The notes under the pieces are model-generated. The model saw only the letters and a list, made by a program, of their open reading frames with translations, was not told the origin of the DNA and ran no database searches. A DNA stretch of 64,000 bases from Lama glama (lineage: Eukaryota). Position 1 is the first letter of the stretch. Each line of letters starts with the position of its first letter. Location of the stretch: NCBI GenBank assembly GCA_028534125.1, contig CM052818.1, positions 35,032,001-35,096,000 on the forward strand, read 5' to 3'. The position numbers and the translations under genes are program-made. Below are positions 42,886 through 53,994 of this stretch, in pieces.

Positions 42886-45363
42886 ATCCCGGTCTCCAGA
42901 ATCTCCCCCATGCCGTTTCCTACATTTCAGGTCTCTCCCAGGGCTCGTTTTCCAGTCTCCATCACTAGTCCTAACAGAACAGGAGCCAGAACTCTTGCAG
43001 ACATCAAAGCAAAAGCCCAGCTGGTCAAAGCACAGAGGGCAGCAGCCGCCGCCGCCGCCGCCGCTGCTGCAGCCGCCTCAGTTGGAGGGACCATTCCGGG
43101 ACCTGGCCCAGGCGGGGGACAAGGGCCAGGAGAGGGGAGTGAAAGGCAGACTGCTAGAGGAGGGAGTCCAGACTCAGACAGAGTCAGTGAAACTGGAAAG
43201 GGCCCCACACTGGAACTGGCAGGAACTGGAGGCAGGGGAGGTACGAGAGAGCTTTTACCCTGTGGTCCAGAGACTCAGCCCCAGTCTGAGACCAAGACCC
43301 CAGGCCAGGCACAGCCTCACAGTGTCTCTGGAGCACAACTACAGCAAACCCCCTCAGCGCCTGCAACATCCGCCCTCAGTGGAGCATGCACAGGTGTCCC
43401 GTCACCAGCCCACACTAGCGCACCCCCACCAGCTTTAGGGAAATTCAGTCATGAAAAACTGAGTCCCATCAGGGCAGCAGCCACAGTGGCCTCTCTTAGC
43501 CACCCACAAGGGCCCAGTAATTGTAGGCAGGAGAAAGCACCTCCTACTCCTGCAGATCCTGCTCTAATCTCGGGTGCCTCGCCTGTTCGTTTTGCAGCCA
43601 ATGGCACATTTGAGCCCAAAGCAGGTTCTACTAAGAATATACCAAACCCTTCAGCCTCAGCAGAGATAAGAGCTAGCGTTTCAGTGGATATGACTCCCCT
43701 GCCTTTAACATCTTTATTGACAACAGCCACTTTAGAAAAGCTTCCTGTGCCCCAGGTCAGTGTAACAATAGCACCTACCGGATCAGCTCTGTCTTTGAGC
43801 ACTTTGCCAGCAGCTTCTAGCCTTAAAACTCCAGGAACTTCTTCAAATATGAATGGACCCATTTCAAGGCCTAGTTCTAGTATCCCTGCTAATAATCCTC
43901 TGGTAACTCAGCTGCTGCAGGGCAAAGATGTTCCCATGGAGCAAATTCTGCCTAAACCTCTCACCAAAGTTGAAATGAAAACTGTTCCACTAACTACAAA
44001 AGAGGAGAAGGGGATGGGAGCACACGCAGGCAGCATTGTAACAGAAAACAGCACCAGAGAGGACGTTAATGAGAGACAGCCCCATCCAGCTACACAGCAA
44101 CTGAGTAAAACCTTGCAAAGCAAGCAGCTCCCCCAGGTCCCAAGACCTCTTCAGCTCTTTTCAGGTAAGGATCTGAGGGACTCTAGCATTGATGCACACC
44201 AGTACCAAGAAGGACTGAGTAAAGCAACCCAAGATCAGATCCTTCAGACTCTGATCCAAAGGGTTCGGAGGCAGAACGTTCTCTCATTTGTGCAGCCCTC
44301 GCAGTTCAACTTTACTCACTCAGGTTTCCAGTTAGAGGACATCTCCACAAGTCAGAGGTTCATGCTGGGTTTTGCTGGCAGAAGGACATCCAAGCCTGCA
44401 ATGGCAGGTCACTACTTACTGAACATTTCCACCTATGGCCGGGGTTCAGAGAGCTTTAGGAGGACCCATTCTGTAAACCCTGAAGACCGGTTTTGTCTAA
44501 GTAGTCCCACTGAGGCCTTGAAAATGGGATATCCAGACTGTAAAAATGTAACAGGAGATAGTAGCAGCAGCAAAGAAGATGATACTGATGAGGAAAGTAC
44601 TGGTGATGAGCAGGAATCTGTCATGGTAAAGGAGGAGCCGCAGGCTTCCCAGAGTTCCGGCAAGTATGAAGCAAGTTCAGGACCCCACAGTAGAGAAGCC
44701 CTACCCACCAATGATTGTTTAGCTAAAAAGAATGTGAAGGCAGAGACACCAGTGCCTGAGCAAACCACTCTAAGCAAGGAGAATTACCTGTTCACTAGAA
44801 GCCAAACATTTGATGAGAAGACCCTAGCCAGAGATTTTATTCAGGCAGCACAGAAGCAGATGGCTCATGCAGTGAGAGGTAAGACCATGCGTAGCAGCCC
44901 TGAGCTTTTCAGTTCCACTGCTCTTCCCCTGCCTGCAGACAGTCCCACCCATCAGCCTCTACTCCTTCCACCTCTGCAAACCCCAAAGCTGTATGGAAGC
45001 CCCACACAGATCGGGCCCAGCTACAGAGGCATGATCAACGTCTCCACCTCTTCTGACGTGGACCATAACTCTGCTGTGCCCGGGGTGCCTGACTGTAGCC
45101 AGGTATCTAGCAATGTCGGTGATGTCATGTCCTTTTCAGTGACTGTCACAACCATCCCTGCTAGCCAAGCTGTGAATCCCAGCAGCCACGGCCAGACCAT
45201 TCCTGTTCAAGCCTTTCCTGAAGAGAACAGCATAGAGGATACGCCTTCGAAATGTTACTGCCGATTGAAAGCCATGATCATGTGCAAGGGATGTGGAGCT
45301 TTCTGCCATGATGATTGCATTGGCCCCTCCAAACTGTGTGTCTCCTGCCTTGTCGTTCGGTAG
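42886..45363 (+). CDS. ASXL2: ASXL2 last coding exon (probable exon 13): ASXM1, poly-Ala, ASXM2 LxxLL (LVTQLL 43900-43917), C-terminal atypical PHD finger (about 45253-45360)
   Basis: tttcag|ATC CCG GTC TCC AGA ([11 protein letters not shown]...) in frame with ORF 42910..45363; [15 protein letters not shown] motif; ends [39 protein letters not shown]. Confidence 0.98.
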   Translation: MPVSRISPMPFPTFQVSPRARFPVSITSPNRTGARTLADIKAKAQLVKAQRAAAAAAAAAAAAASVGGTIPGPGPGGGQGPGEGSERQTARGGSPDSDRVSETGKGPTLELAGTGGRGGTRELLPCGPETQPQSETKTPGQAQPHSVSGAQLQQTPSAPATSALSGACTGVPSPAHTSAPPPALGKFSHEKLSPIRAAATVASLSHPQGPSNCRQEKAPPTPADPALISGASPVRFAANGTFEPKAGSTKNIPNPSASAEIRASVSVDMTPLPLTSLLTTATLEKLPVPQVSVTIAPTGSALSLSTLPAASSLKTPGTSSNMNGPISRPSSSIPANNPLVTQLLQGKDVPMEQILPKPLTKVEMKTVPLTTKEEKGMGAHAGSIVTENSTREDVNERQPHPATQQLSKTLQSKQLPQVPRPLQLFSGKDLRDSSIDAHQYQEGLSKATQDQILQTLIQRVRRQNVLSFVQPSQFNFTHSGFQLEDISTSQRFMLGFAGRRTSKPAMAGHYLLNISTYGRGSESFRRTHSVNPEDRFCLSSPTEALKMGYPDCKNVTGDSSSSKEDDTDEESTGDEQESVMVKEEPQASQSSGKYEASSGPHSREALPTNDCLAKKNVKAETPVPEQTTLSKENYLFTRSQTFDEKTLARDFIQAAQKQMAHAVRGKTMRSSPELFSSTALPLPADSPTHQPLLLPPLQTPKLYGSPTQIGPSYRGMINVSTSSDVDHNSAVPGVPDCSQVSSNVGDVMSFSVTVTTIPASQAVNPSSHGQTIPVQAFPEENSIEDTPSKCYCRLKAMIMCKGCGAFCHDDCIGPSKLCVSCLVVR
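42929..42936 (+). promoter_or_regulatory. Putative -2 programmed ribosomal frameshift site AG_GUC_UCU
   Basis: Zero-frame codons CAG GTC TCT; matches the RG_GUC_UCU arterivirus nsp2TF-type shift motif; the A-site UCU re-pairs to UCU after a -2 slip. Confidence 0.65.
42935..43438 (+). CDS. ASXL2-TF overlapping +1-frame ORF (transframe C-terminus, 167 codons) with EHNY HCF-1-binding motif
   Basis: Stop-free +1 frame (part of ORF-track 42860..43438) beginning right after [29 protein letters not shown]...LEHNYSKPP...HPHQL-TAG; GAG CAC AAC TAC at 43331-43342; no AUG in this frame. Matches the ASXL1/2 TF ORF described by Dinan, Atkins and Firth (2017). Confidence 0.75.
   Translation, partial: LPGLVFQSPSLVLTEQEPELLQTSKQKPSWSKHRGQQPPPPPPLLQPPQLEGPFRDLAQAGDKGQERGVKGRLLEEGVQTQTESVKLERAPHWNWQELEAGEVRESFYPVVQRLSPSLRPRPQARHSLTVSLEHNYSKPPQRLQHPPSVEHAQVSRHQPTLAHPHQL
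43039..43077 (+). repeat. Coding GCN repeat (Ala13 in frame 0)
   Basis: GCA GCA (GCC)6 GCT GCT GCA GCC GCC. Confidence 0.95.
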
Positions 45364-48300
45364 CAAGACTAGAAGGAGAGTGCACTGTGAGGGAGGCAGG
45401 AAGCGGGGAGGGTAGACAGAGGTGATTTTTGCGTCCTTTTGGAATCACAGAAATAAACAAGTAGGTTTCAGTTGTCTTAAGAGACAAATGTTACTTAATC
45501 AGGAATACAGAGTACAGATCTCACATTTTAGAGGAAGAGCACCTTGTATAGTAAGTCCAGGTCAAGCAAGACTTTGTGAATTTGTGACAAGTTTGCACTT
45601 AAAAATCATGTAAATATGTCACATCTTGTTTTAACATTTTTCCAGGTGTTTAGGTAATAATGTATTACTTCGACTTCAGATTGGTATTCCACTTCGTGTG
45701 ACTCTGAAAAGTTTAATGCCATACATGGTAAAAGGAAGTGATTTCCCTTTGGCTCTTTCCTAAGAGGCTAGGGAAGGGAAGGAGTGAAGGAATGGTCTGA
45801 AGAAATGACCATTCATGCTGATTCTGTCTCAACAGCCTGACTGCAGGCTTTACATAGATTATTCAGGCTTCGCAGGATTTGGATTCAGGGTTTACTCAGT
45901 CCCTTCACCTTAGATGGAACCTTCTTGAGTTCAAATTTCTGATGAAGTATTAATTTCCCAGGTAGTAGTTCAGACTCTGAAAGTTCTGACTTGGTTGTTG
46001 GCTTCCATAAAGCAGAACTGTTGCCAGGCACTCTGCTTGTCATTTGTGTGCCCCTGCTTCTCCCTCAAGTCCCTCCCCTGCCGTGAAGCAGGGAGTGCGA
46101 TCCACAAAAGGTCCGCCTCGCTGGGCGCCTTGTGTTACCATCGCCTGTGCAAGGCAGAGATTCCAGCCAGAATCTCCGAAGGCTTGGTCATTTGTGGGAG
46201 CTTACAAACAAGTGTGAGATACTAGTAAAACTTAACAGAAAGGCATTAGTGATGGGGTGATTTGAACTATGTGTCTTGTTGGGTAAGTGGAGTAAAGGTG
46301 CAGAAACTGGTGAACTGAACACAAGGAACTTTGGAAACGATTTTAACACTAGAAACAAGGGAGGCCCTCATGTCCTCGTCTCTCCCAACCTGTTACCTGC
46401 TGTTCTACAATCAGCTGTTGCTACAGGTAGAAAAACTGCTTCATGCCACGTTTGCCCATTCTGTTAAACCTGTTTTGACCTCCCAGGCATCTGAGGAGTA
46501 TGGGAGTGATCTTCATATTACTTTGAACGTACACGTGCACACACACACAGTAAAAGTCAGGCATTTTTTTCCTGTTTTAGAAAACATGTTCCCTGTTTTG
46601 GATTACTGCTGTATACGCACCAGAAATTTCTAACGTAAGGGGGCTTTAGTGAATGGCCAAGGGAACATCTAGAAAGGAAGAGAAATCAGCTCCAAATTCT
46701 TGTTGTTGTTTGTTTTTGTTTATTCTTTTTGTTTCCTTTTTTGTTGGTTTTTCAATCCTGTCTAGTGACTGAAGAATTTTTGAGTACATATATTTAGGTC
46801 ATGATTAGAGAACATTTAAAATAAATCTACAATTCACTAGAATTTGGTATTTAAAGTGGAGGGTTGTCAGTGTGCATTATTTGCAAATCAGTCTGAAATC
46901 TCCGTATTTCAGGTGTGTAAAGGACGTGTATTAGTGCGTCCTAGTACAGCTGTGGTTGTACTTAATAGTCAGGACGTGATATTTACAAAATGCAGAACAA
47001 TTTAAACTCGTTAATTAAGTCACATTCCAGATAGGGGAAAGTAGGCAGTAACGATCTTTGCTTTGCCCCCGTTCTGCTACCCACCCACCCCTCCCTGCCT
47101 CACCTCCTGCATTATACGTACACTGTTCTGTTTTGTTCTTTCCAATACTTTCAGACCTATGAGAACTATTTACTATTTTTTATTTCTTGTTCCTCGGCTT
47201 TTTTGTGGGCCAAGGCAAAGATAGGATTAATAGCTGTGTTTCAGTTTCAGCCAAGATAATTTGATGTCCTTCTAATAAATTCCCTTTTCCCTCCGGCACA
47301 CACATAGCTAAGAGATGCAAGGGTCTGCAAGGGTCCAGGGTAAGGAGAAAAGTTCTCCAGCCAGTAACCTCAGAAACCATGGTTCCGTTCCCAAGCTTTC
47401 AGTGCCCTGAGTAATCCAGAGGGGTGTTAAAAAGACCTGTTGCTGGTTAAAACTCCATTCCCAGCTTCTTCACTCCCCACTTTAGTGGCAGGACTGGGAT
47501 GGTCTGCCTGCGAAAAGTGGTTGGCTGTTTCAGAACCCCATGCTAAACACTAATTACCAATTTGGATTTTCAAAATGATTTTCTTCACATCTTTCCTATC
47601 ATAGAAAGTCTCTCCTCCATGGTTCTCTTAATCTGAGGATGGACAGACTAACGAGGAAAGGAGGAAAGGCATCAGGGATTTTCAAGTCCATTTAGAGAAC
47701 AAACCACATCGTGCCTATTCATCTTGACCCAGGCTCTTGCAGATATGACCTAAGTATTACTGTTCACCAGATTCTCTTAACAAATAGTACCTAGCTAATA
47801 AAATATTCACAGTTATGAGTGCCCCCCCCCAAAATTTTCAACTTGGTACATGGGTCAATCTTGACTGAAAAAGAGATAGATTCTCTTAGTTTGGTAGAAA
47901 ATTGAATACAATCCATTTATCAATTTGTTTCAAAACAGTGGTTTCATGGAGAAGGTCATCTTATGTGCTGACTGAGCTGAACAGAAAAAAGGAAAATTAT
48001 AATCTGGCCTTTTTGAAAATGATGTAATAGGAGTAAGAAAACCTTTGAATTATTAGAATATGATATTCTAGTACCTTTAAAGCAGTCTTTATCGTAGGTT
48101 TTCAGTTACTTTACCTTTCAATTCAATCAGAAATGTGTCTAATAAGTGCTAGGCATATTTTTATGGTATTACGTTGCACGATTTCCAGTGACTACTCAGG
48201 CATCATGCCTGATGCTTATGCCTCCAGGGTGCGCTTCTCAAGCCTTCAGACCTTCCACTGCAGGTCCCCTTGGGGAGACAGCATTAAGGATACATCATCT

Positions 48301-49597
48301 CAGTCTCACGAATCTTCCAAGTTGTCTAGTGAAGAAGGCTTCCTGAATCTTAAAGAATTTTTGTTAAAATTCTCCATCCTAGTAAACAGAAAATAAAACC
48401 AGATAACCTGGAGTTGTTATTCGCCCTACTTTAACCCCTGTGTTGAAGATACTGAAGCTGTCTGTGTGTGGTACCCCATGTACCATTTTTAAGAATAAGA
48501 TCTGGCAGATGGGAAATTTTTCTTGGGGTAGGGGAAGCATACTAACATGGGCTGGGAAGGCGCACGGTGCAGATATTTTAGGAGTTATCACAGGATTAAA
48601 TAGCCAAAGGAAGACCTCATTGCCTTCCAGGTGAAGGTATAAGTTTATACATATTAATAATCTGACCGTTTACCATCCTAATTGCTCTCATTGCCTTTCT
48701 TCACCTACAAGTCCTTAAAGAGTTCTTGGGTGAAATTATTTGTTATACTGAGGGGGTCTTCTCTGGTCATTACATTGCTATTTATTTCTAGAGCTCACTG
48801 TCAGTGAGCAGTACCAGGGTTGTTTTCTCTGTGACTTAGAGGTTTCACTTCACAGCAAAAGGAGAGGAAAGTCTCTCCACTGCATTACAACAATGTGCTA
48901 AGTAAAACAAGACTTGACCAAGGGTAGTTTTCAGCTCAACTTACAAAGTAGTCCAAAGAGACTGAGAAACATGATGATAGGCAGGGATCTTTCCTATTGT
49001 GTTTCAGTACCTACGTAACCTATTGGAAGAGCAATAGGTGCAACAGTTCCTAAAGTTGAAGTAAGAGCTTCATAGATTCTTGGTTACTTTATTTTTTTTA
49101 ATGCTTTACATTTGATACAACTATTAAAGATCAATTTTAAAAATAGCTTTCCAGTAATATATTTTAAGTAATATATATTTTAATATCTATGTAAAAAGCG
49201 ACAGTGGAAGACTTTGAATTTCTCATGTATGGTATGTTTAATGTAGGACCTCACTGTTAAGGCACAAATTATTTCAAAGGAAGTTACTCTAAAGACACTC
49301 AGATTATTTCCAAAAAAAAAAAAAAATGCAATAAGGGGAATAGTTTTGGAGTTTATTTTTTATTTTAAAAGAAAATTGACTTATTTACCACAAGCTATTA
49401 TTTTTCCTTCTGGCTATAAGGTTTGTACAGACTGGTTTGGTAAATGCTAAACTTTTGTGTCTTTTGCCTTTTTAAAGGAATTGTTAACATTGGAATTGAG
49501 GGTATGTACAGAGAAGTTGGTGTCAACACCATTTAAAAAGTCATATTTTTTCACAAATATAGAAAAATCATTTTACATAAGAATTTTAAGTATTTGC

Positions 49598-49686
49598 AAT
49601 AAATATATGTATATAGATTGTATGTATTCATATATTCTTATTTTTCATTTTATTATTAAGTAAAAGATAATTAAAGTGAAAATAAA
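49598..49686 (+). terminator. Mid-UTR poly(A) signal cluster
   Basis: AATAAA 49598-49603, ATTAAA 49670-49675 and AATAAA 49681-49686 in AU-rich context with TGTA elements. Confidence 0.6.
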
Positions 49687-52230
49687 AACCTTGGAGTTTT
49701 TGATGCATCTTGAGGTCTGACATACATGTGAGAGTGGTGGGTAAGGGCCCCCAGTTGTTGCCTTATACTACTATTGGACGATCACCAACAGGTTGCATAA
49801 AAGATAGTAAAATGAGGAATTTGGTGATAAACAAATCAGGGTAGTGTGTTTCTTTCAAAACTCTAGTGAAAATATTCAGTTCTCCTCATCTGTTAGTCTC
49901 TGCTTTCACCCTTGAACTGTTCTGTCTCCTAACCACCTAATGTTTCTGGGAAAGTAAAGCCAACAAAATAGAACGAAGTGCATTCTCTTTTAATGTGCCC
50001 ATTGTTTGCTTCTAAAAGAATGGTAAGAAAATGTCTCGGGGGAAAAATAGGTTTTCCTTTCTCCACAGTGGTTAATAATTCATTAGCAAACAAGTCACTG
50101 CCACCACCTTCCAGACCACAGGGTTTATGTGAAGATAATAGAACTTTTTTTCTTTTTCCCTTCTCTGAGAAGTGAGTTTCATAGCCAGTTTTATATTCTT
50201 CCTGATGGATCTGGAGATAAAAGGGCTAGGAGAACTTGAATGTTGATCTCCCTGTTGTCAGGAAGGGCATTTATGGTAATGAGGACTGAGCCAAACACTA
50301 GCAGAGGTTAACCATACCTAGAGATAATCTGGAATCCTGCTGTCCAAGAGAAGCTATTTTGTGGTTGTAAATATTTGGTTTTAAGATATGATTGAGGGAG
50401 CAAAAGAATACCTAGAGAGTCTGTAAATAAAGGTATATAGCCCATTCTTTAAAAATGATTAACATACAACTTTATTGGTGACCTAAAAGGAAATACTATT
50501 GGAGTTTGAAGAATGTATCTTAATGACCTTCTAACACTTTTAGTTGTAAACTGGTTCTCCCCATAATTGCTCAGCTGTGGTTATTTTCACTGATAAAAAT
50601 AACAATTTTTGGAAATAAGGATACATAGAAAGCTTTTTAAAAGGCAGCCTTATTATTTTTCAAAAAGAGAATTCAAATATAGGGTTGCCCAAAGACACTG
50701 AAGATAGGTTAGACATCTAAGAGAACAGCACTAAATCTTTGCTGAAAATACACCTATTTCTAAAGGAAAAATTTCAAGTCTCAGGGAGCATCTTTATCCT
50801 CATAATTCCCATATATGGTAGATATGAATGAAGGTGAAATACTTAAATGTGTGTGAACCAGACCATGATGAACATTTACAAATTTCTAGTACATACCAGA
50901 TTGTACTAGTTTAGATTGTAACTCTCCTCCCGACCCCAGCCCCAATTTCTAGTGCATACTGTTGTTTACTCCTACCTCACGGAAAGTAAAATTCATATTC
51001 AGGTAATGATATAGGACCCTAAAGGTATAACTGGACTACAGTTGAGTGAGACAGAGCAATATACCAGAACATAGCTTCTTGGATCCCCAGCTTCCCTTTG
51101 TTTACATCACAGAATTTTAGAAACCTGTGTTTGTTGCTTTTAACACTACTTGACTAAGAGTGGTCTTCATAAATCAAATTTCAGATAATGTTTCTAGTTG
51201 TTTTTGTACACAAATCATGTTATTCACTAATTCAAATATCTTTTGAACACCTGTGTGCTAAGCACTGTGCTAAAGTTCTGGTTAAGCAAGGTTAAAGAAA
51301 AGCAGTCATGTAAGTTGTAAAAGGTCTTCCTAAAGTAGTAACCATAAAGCGTGTTTCTAGTTCAGAGCTCAAGGAGTAATATATGCTACGTTATTTCCCA
51401 AGACGTTGGAGGTTTAAGAGTAAATGGGCTATGAAATAGAAGCATTTGAGGCATTGGGCAAAACACAGTGGCAAAACATGAGGAAAGAAAGGAAAGGCGT
51501 TGCCCAGAGATGAAGTAAATGGAAGTGAGGAGACTCGTTAATAAAACTTACGTTTTTGAGAACTATCATTGGACGATCTAGAGTTATTAATAGAAATTTC
51601 AGGAAGTCTCTAAGTGACAGCCAAATTGAGAAAATCAGGCTGAAAGCAATCCCTTTTAATTCTGTTCAGTATGTCAGTAAAGATGCTTCATCTTATTTCA
51701 ACTAACCCTTTCAAATAACTATGGAAAATAATGCAGCTTTCCTGTCAAACCCGAAATAAGCTAAAGGGAATTTTAAAAAGAACCTTGATTTTCATCTTAC
51801 AGACTGGCAAGAAGGAAGTGCATTCATCTGAAATTATTAGGGAGATTTCATCTGTGTTTTCTTCATAATGGATAGAATTAGTGTTTTTTATTTTTATAGG
51901 ATTGGATTTTTTTTTCCTATTTCTAAGTCACAGGACTTTAATTAAGAGGTGTCAGCAAGACAGTAAAGCCTCTATTAAGTGGCTTAAATCCTAATTCTTT
52001 TAAGACTTTCTGGTAGAAAGGTTTTAAAAGGATAAATCATATTTTGTCAGTGCTTATTCTTAAATTTTCTTTACCTGTATTACTAGATTTGCAACTAGAA
52101 TTCTGTATTCCAAAATATCCATGCTCACCTTTCAGTCAAAAAGGTATATTCCACCACGTAAATATAGTCTCAACTCTGTCCAGGAGGTAGGAGGGTGGAT
52201 ATCCTATATTTTCCTAATACTTAGCAACAT

Positions 52231-52268
52231 TAAACAGAAGATTGGGTTTTAAACAGAAGATTGGGTTT
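52231..52268 (+). repeat. Perfect 19-bp tandem duplication
   Basis: TAAACAGAAGATTGGGTTT twice. Confidence 0.9.
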
Positions 52269-53749
52269 CTTTCATAGGCACCTTATAAACTAAGAAATCT
52301 GTATCTCTGTGTAGCTTAACGTCTTAACCTAAAAAGGGAATCCCTACAAAAAGTTCCTTACAACAGAAAGGACATACTAAACCAGGAAGAAAGATGATCA
52401 GCTCTGGAGATGGGCTGTGACTAGATAGTGGGTTCTCCTGAAGAATAACTGCAAACTCGACTTTCCTGGTTCTTCAAGCTCTAAAGAAACTAAAAGGAAT
52501 TTTTTAAATCCTAATTTTTCACCTTGACTGCAAAACCTAGAGAATGCGTAGGGGAGAAAAAAGGTAAATCCAAGATCAGATTTGAGTGAACTTGGAATTA
52601 TGCCTTTACTGATTTTTTTTTCAAGGTTTTGTGTTCCCATAACATAATGAATTGCCATGAGTGGAACATGGAATTTGATTTAAGACATTTTGTGGGCTAA
52701 GTAATGGTTTCCTATTGAACTATATCTAGAGGTAACTTTTGCCACTGATCAGGATTTAGGGTTGTTCATCTGTGTCCAAGTGATGCAGATGTTGGCTCAT
52801 AAAGACTATGTTAAAACAACTTGAGTCGACACTTTTATTAACTTTAATCATGGATCCTCTTTTTTAAATACTTAAATATTTAAAATTCAGATTAGCCCAA
52901 TAAGAAAGCAATGCATTAAATGTTACCAAAATATCTGAAGATACTTTAGAACTGTTATTTACACAGTCCGTGTCCTTCCTATGGAAAGTGTGGTACATAA
53001 AATTTTACATTTCTTGGGTCAGTTCTTTTTGAAAACCGGTGTTTAATGTTTTCAGGGACCTAAAGCTGGGAAATGATGGAGTTAGACTTTGACCCTAAGT
53101 CAGTAATTCTTTTCATTTTAGGTTTTCAGCTATAGCAATTTGAAAACTTCAGTAGTGACCCCAGTTTAACCTATATGTAGTCACTTTGAACAAGATTTAA
53201 ATTAATGAAACTCTTCCAGAGTCTCAAATTTGGTCCCCTGTTTGTTGCATAGAGAGAGAGATTCTGGGCTGGGGAGGACCTGATAATTGTTCTCTGATAA
53301 TAAACTACTGATTAAAGAGCAAGTTTGTTCTTAGGGAAGTCATGAAATTTCTAGAACCCATGAAATATGTAAAGTACATGACAACTGAAACTCTAGAAAT
53401 TAAAAACTTTCAGCCATAAGTGCTATGACCTATTTAAAAAAAAAAAAAAGCCCATCTTAGTTCTGTGACTCATTGCATCACACCTTGAGACTTTTCACCA
53501 GCACCAAGAGAAATCAGAATGGAAGAAATGACCTTAGGTCAGTCTTATTCACTAAAATCTTTGTACACATAGGCCTTAGCACTTTGACAGATAAAGCTCT
53601 GCCTTTTAGCTCCTTTTCACTCTTTATCCTTCCCACTTTTAGAGTGTTCCTTTTATTGGTCGTATAAAACTACCTTCAGAATTGAATGTATAATAATGTT
53701 TCTGCACATGGACAAACTGTATTTTATCTTAATGACTCATTTTATGTTG

Positions 53750-53755
53750 AATAAA
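53750..53755 (+). terminator. Distal poly(A) signal
   Basis: AATAAA with upstream TGTA motifs and downstream ctgtgccttttcttttcc. Confidence 0.55.
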
Positions 53756-53994
53756 GGCATACAGTTTTACCCTAGCGACTGTGCCTTTTCTTTTCCAAAG
53801 AAACCGGACACCATATTGAATGATTTACCTGCTTGCTTCTACATCCCCTTTACCTGATTGCACAATTGTTCCTGGGTCCTGGCTAAATTGGAGTACTTCA
53901 GAGAGTGCCAGTCTCTTCCGGCAACAACCAGAGGGAGTTAAAGAACTCAATATGAGACATAAATAGTGTGTGTATTTCAAAAAGGAAAAGGAAA

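Larger units (their letters stand above)
45364..53780 (+). other. ASXL2: ASXL2 3' UTR (longest form, about 8.4 kb)
   Basis: Follows the stop codon; few recognisable TEs until L1 at about 53990; AATAAA 53750-53755 with upstream TGTA elements and downstream GT/T-rich tract; length fits my recollection of a very long human ASXL2 3' UTR. Confidence 0.6.

Noticed and set aside
43098..43138. G-quadruplex as frameshift stimulator
   Set aside because: The G-runs need a 13-nt loop and lie about 160 nt from the shift site, too far to stall a ribosome there; Gly codons explain them.
42927..45366. Antisense ORFs over the last exon (93, 137, 114 aa, etc.)
   Set aside because: Expected shadows of a long GC-rich coding exon; no motifs or independent signals.
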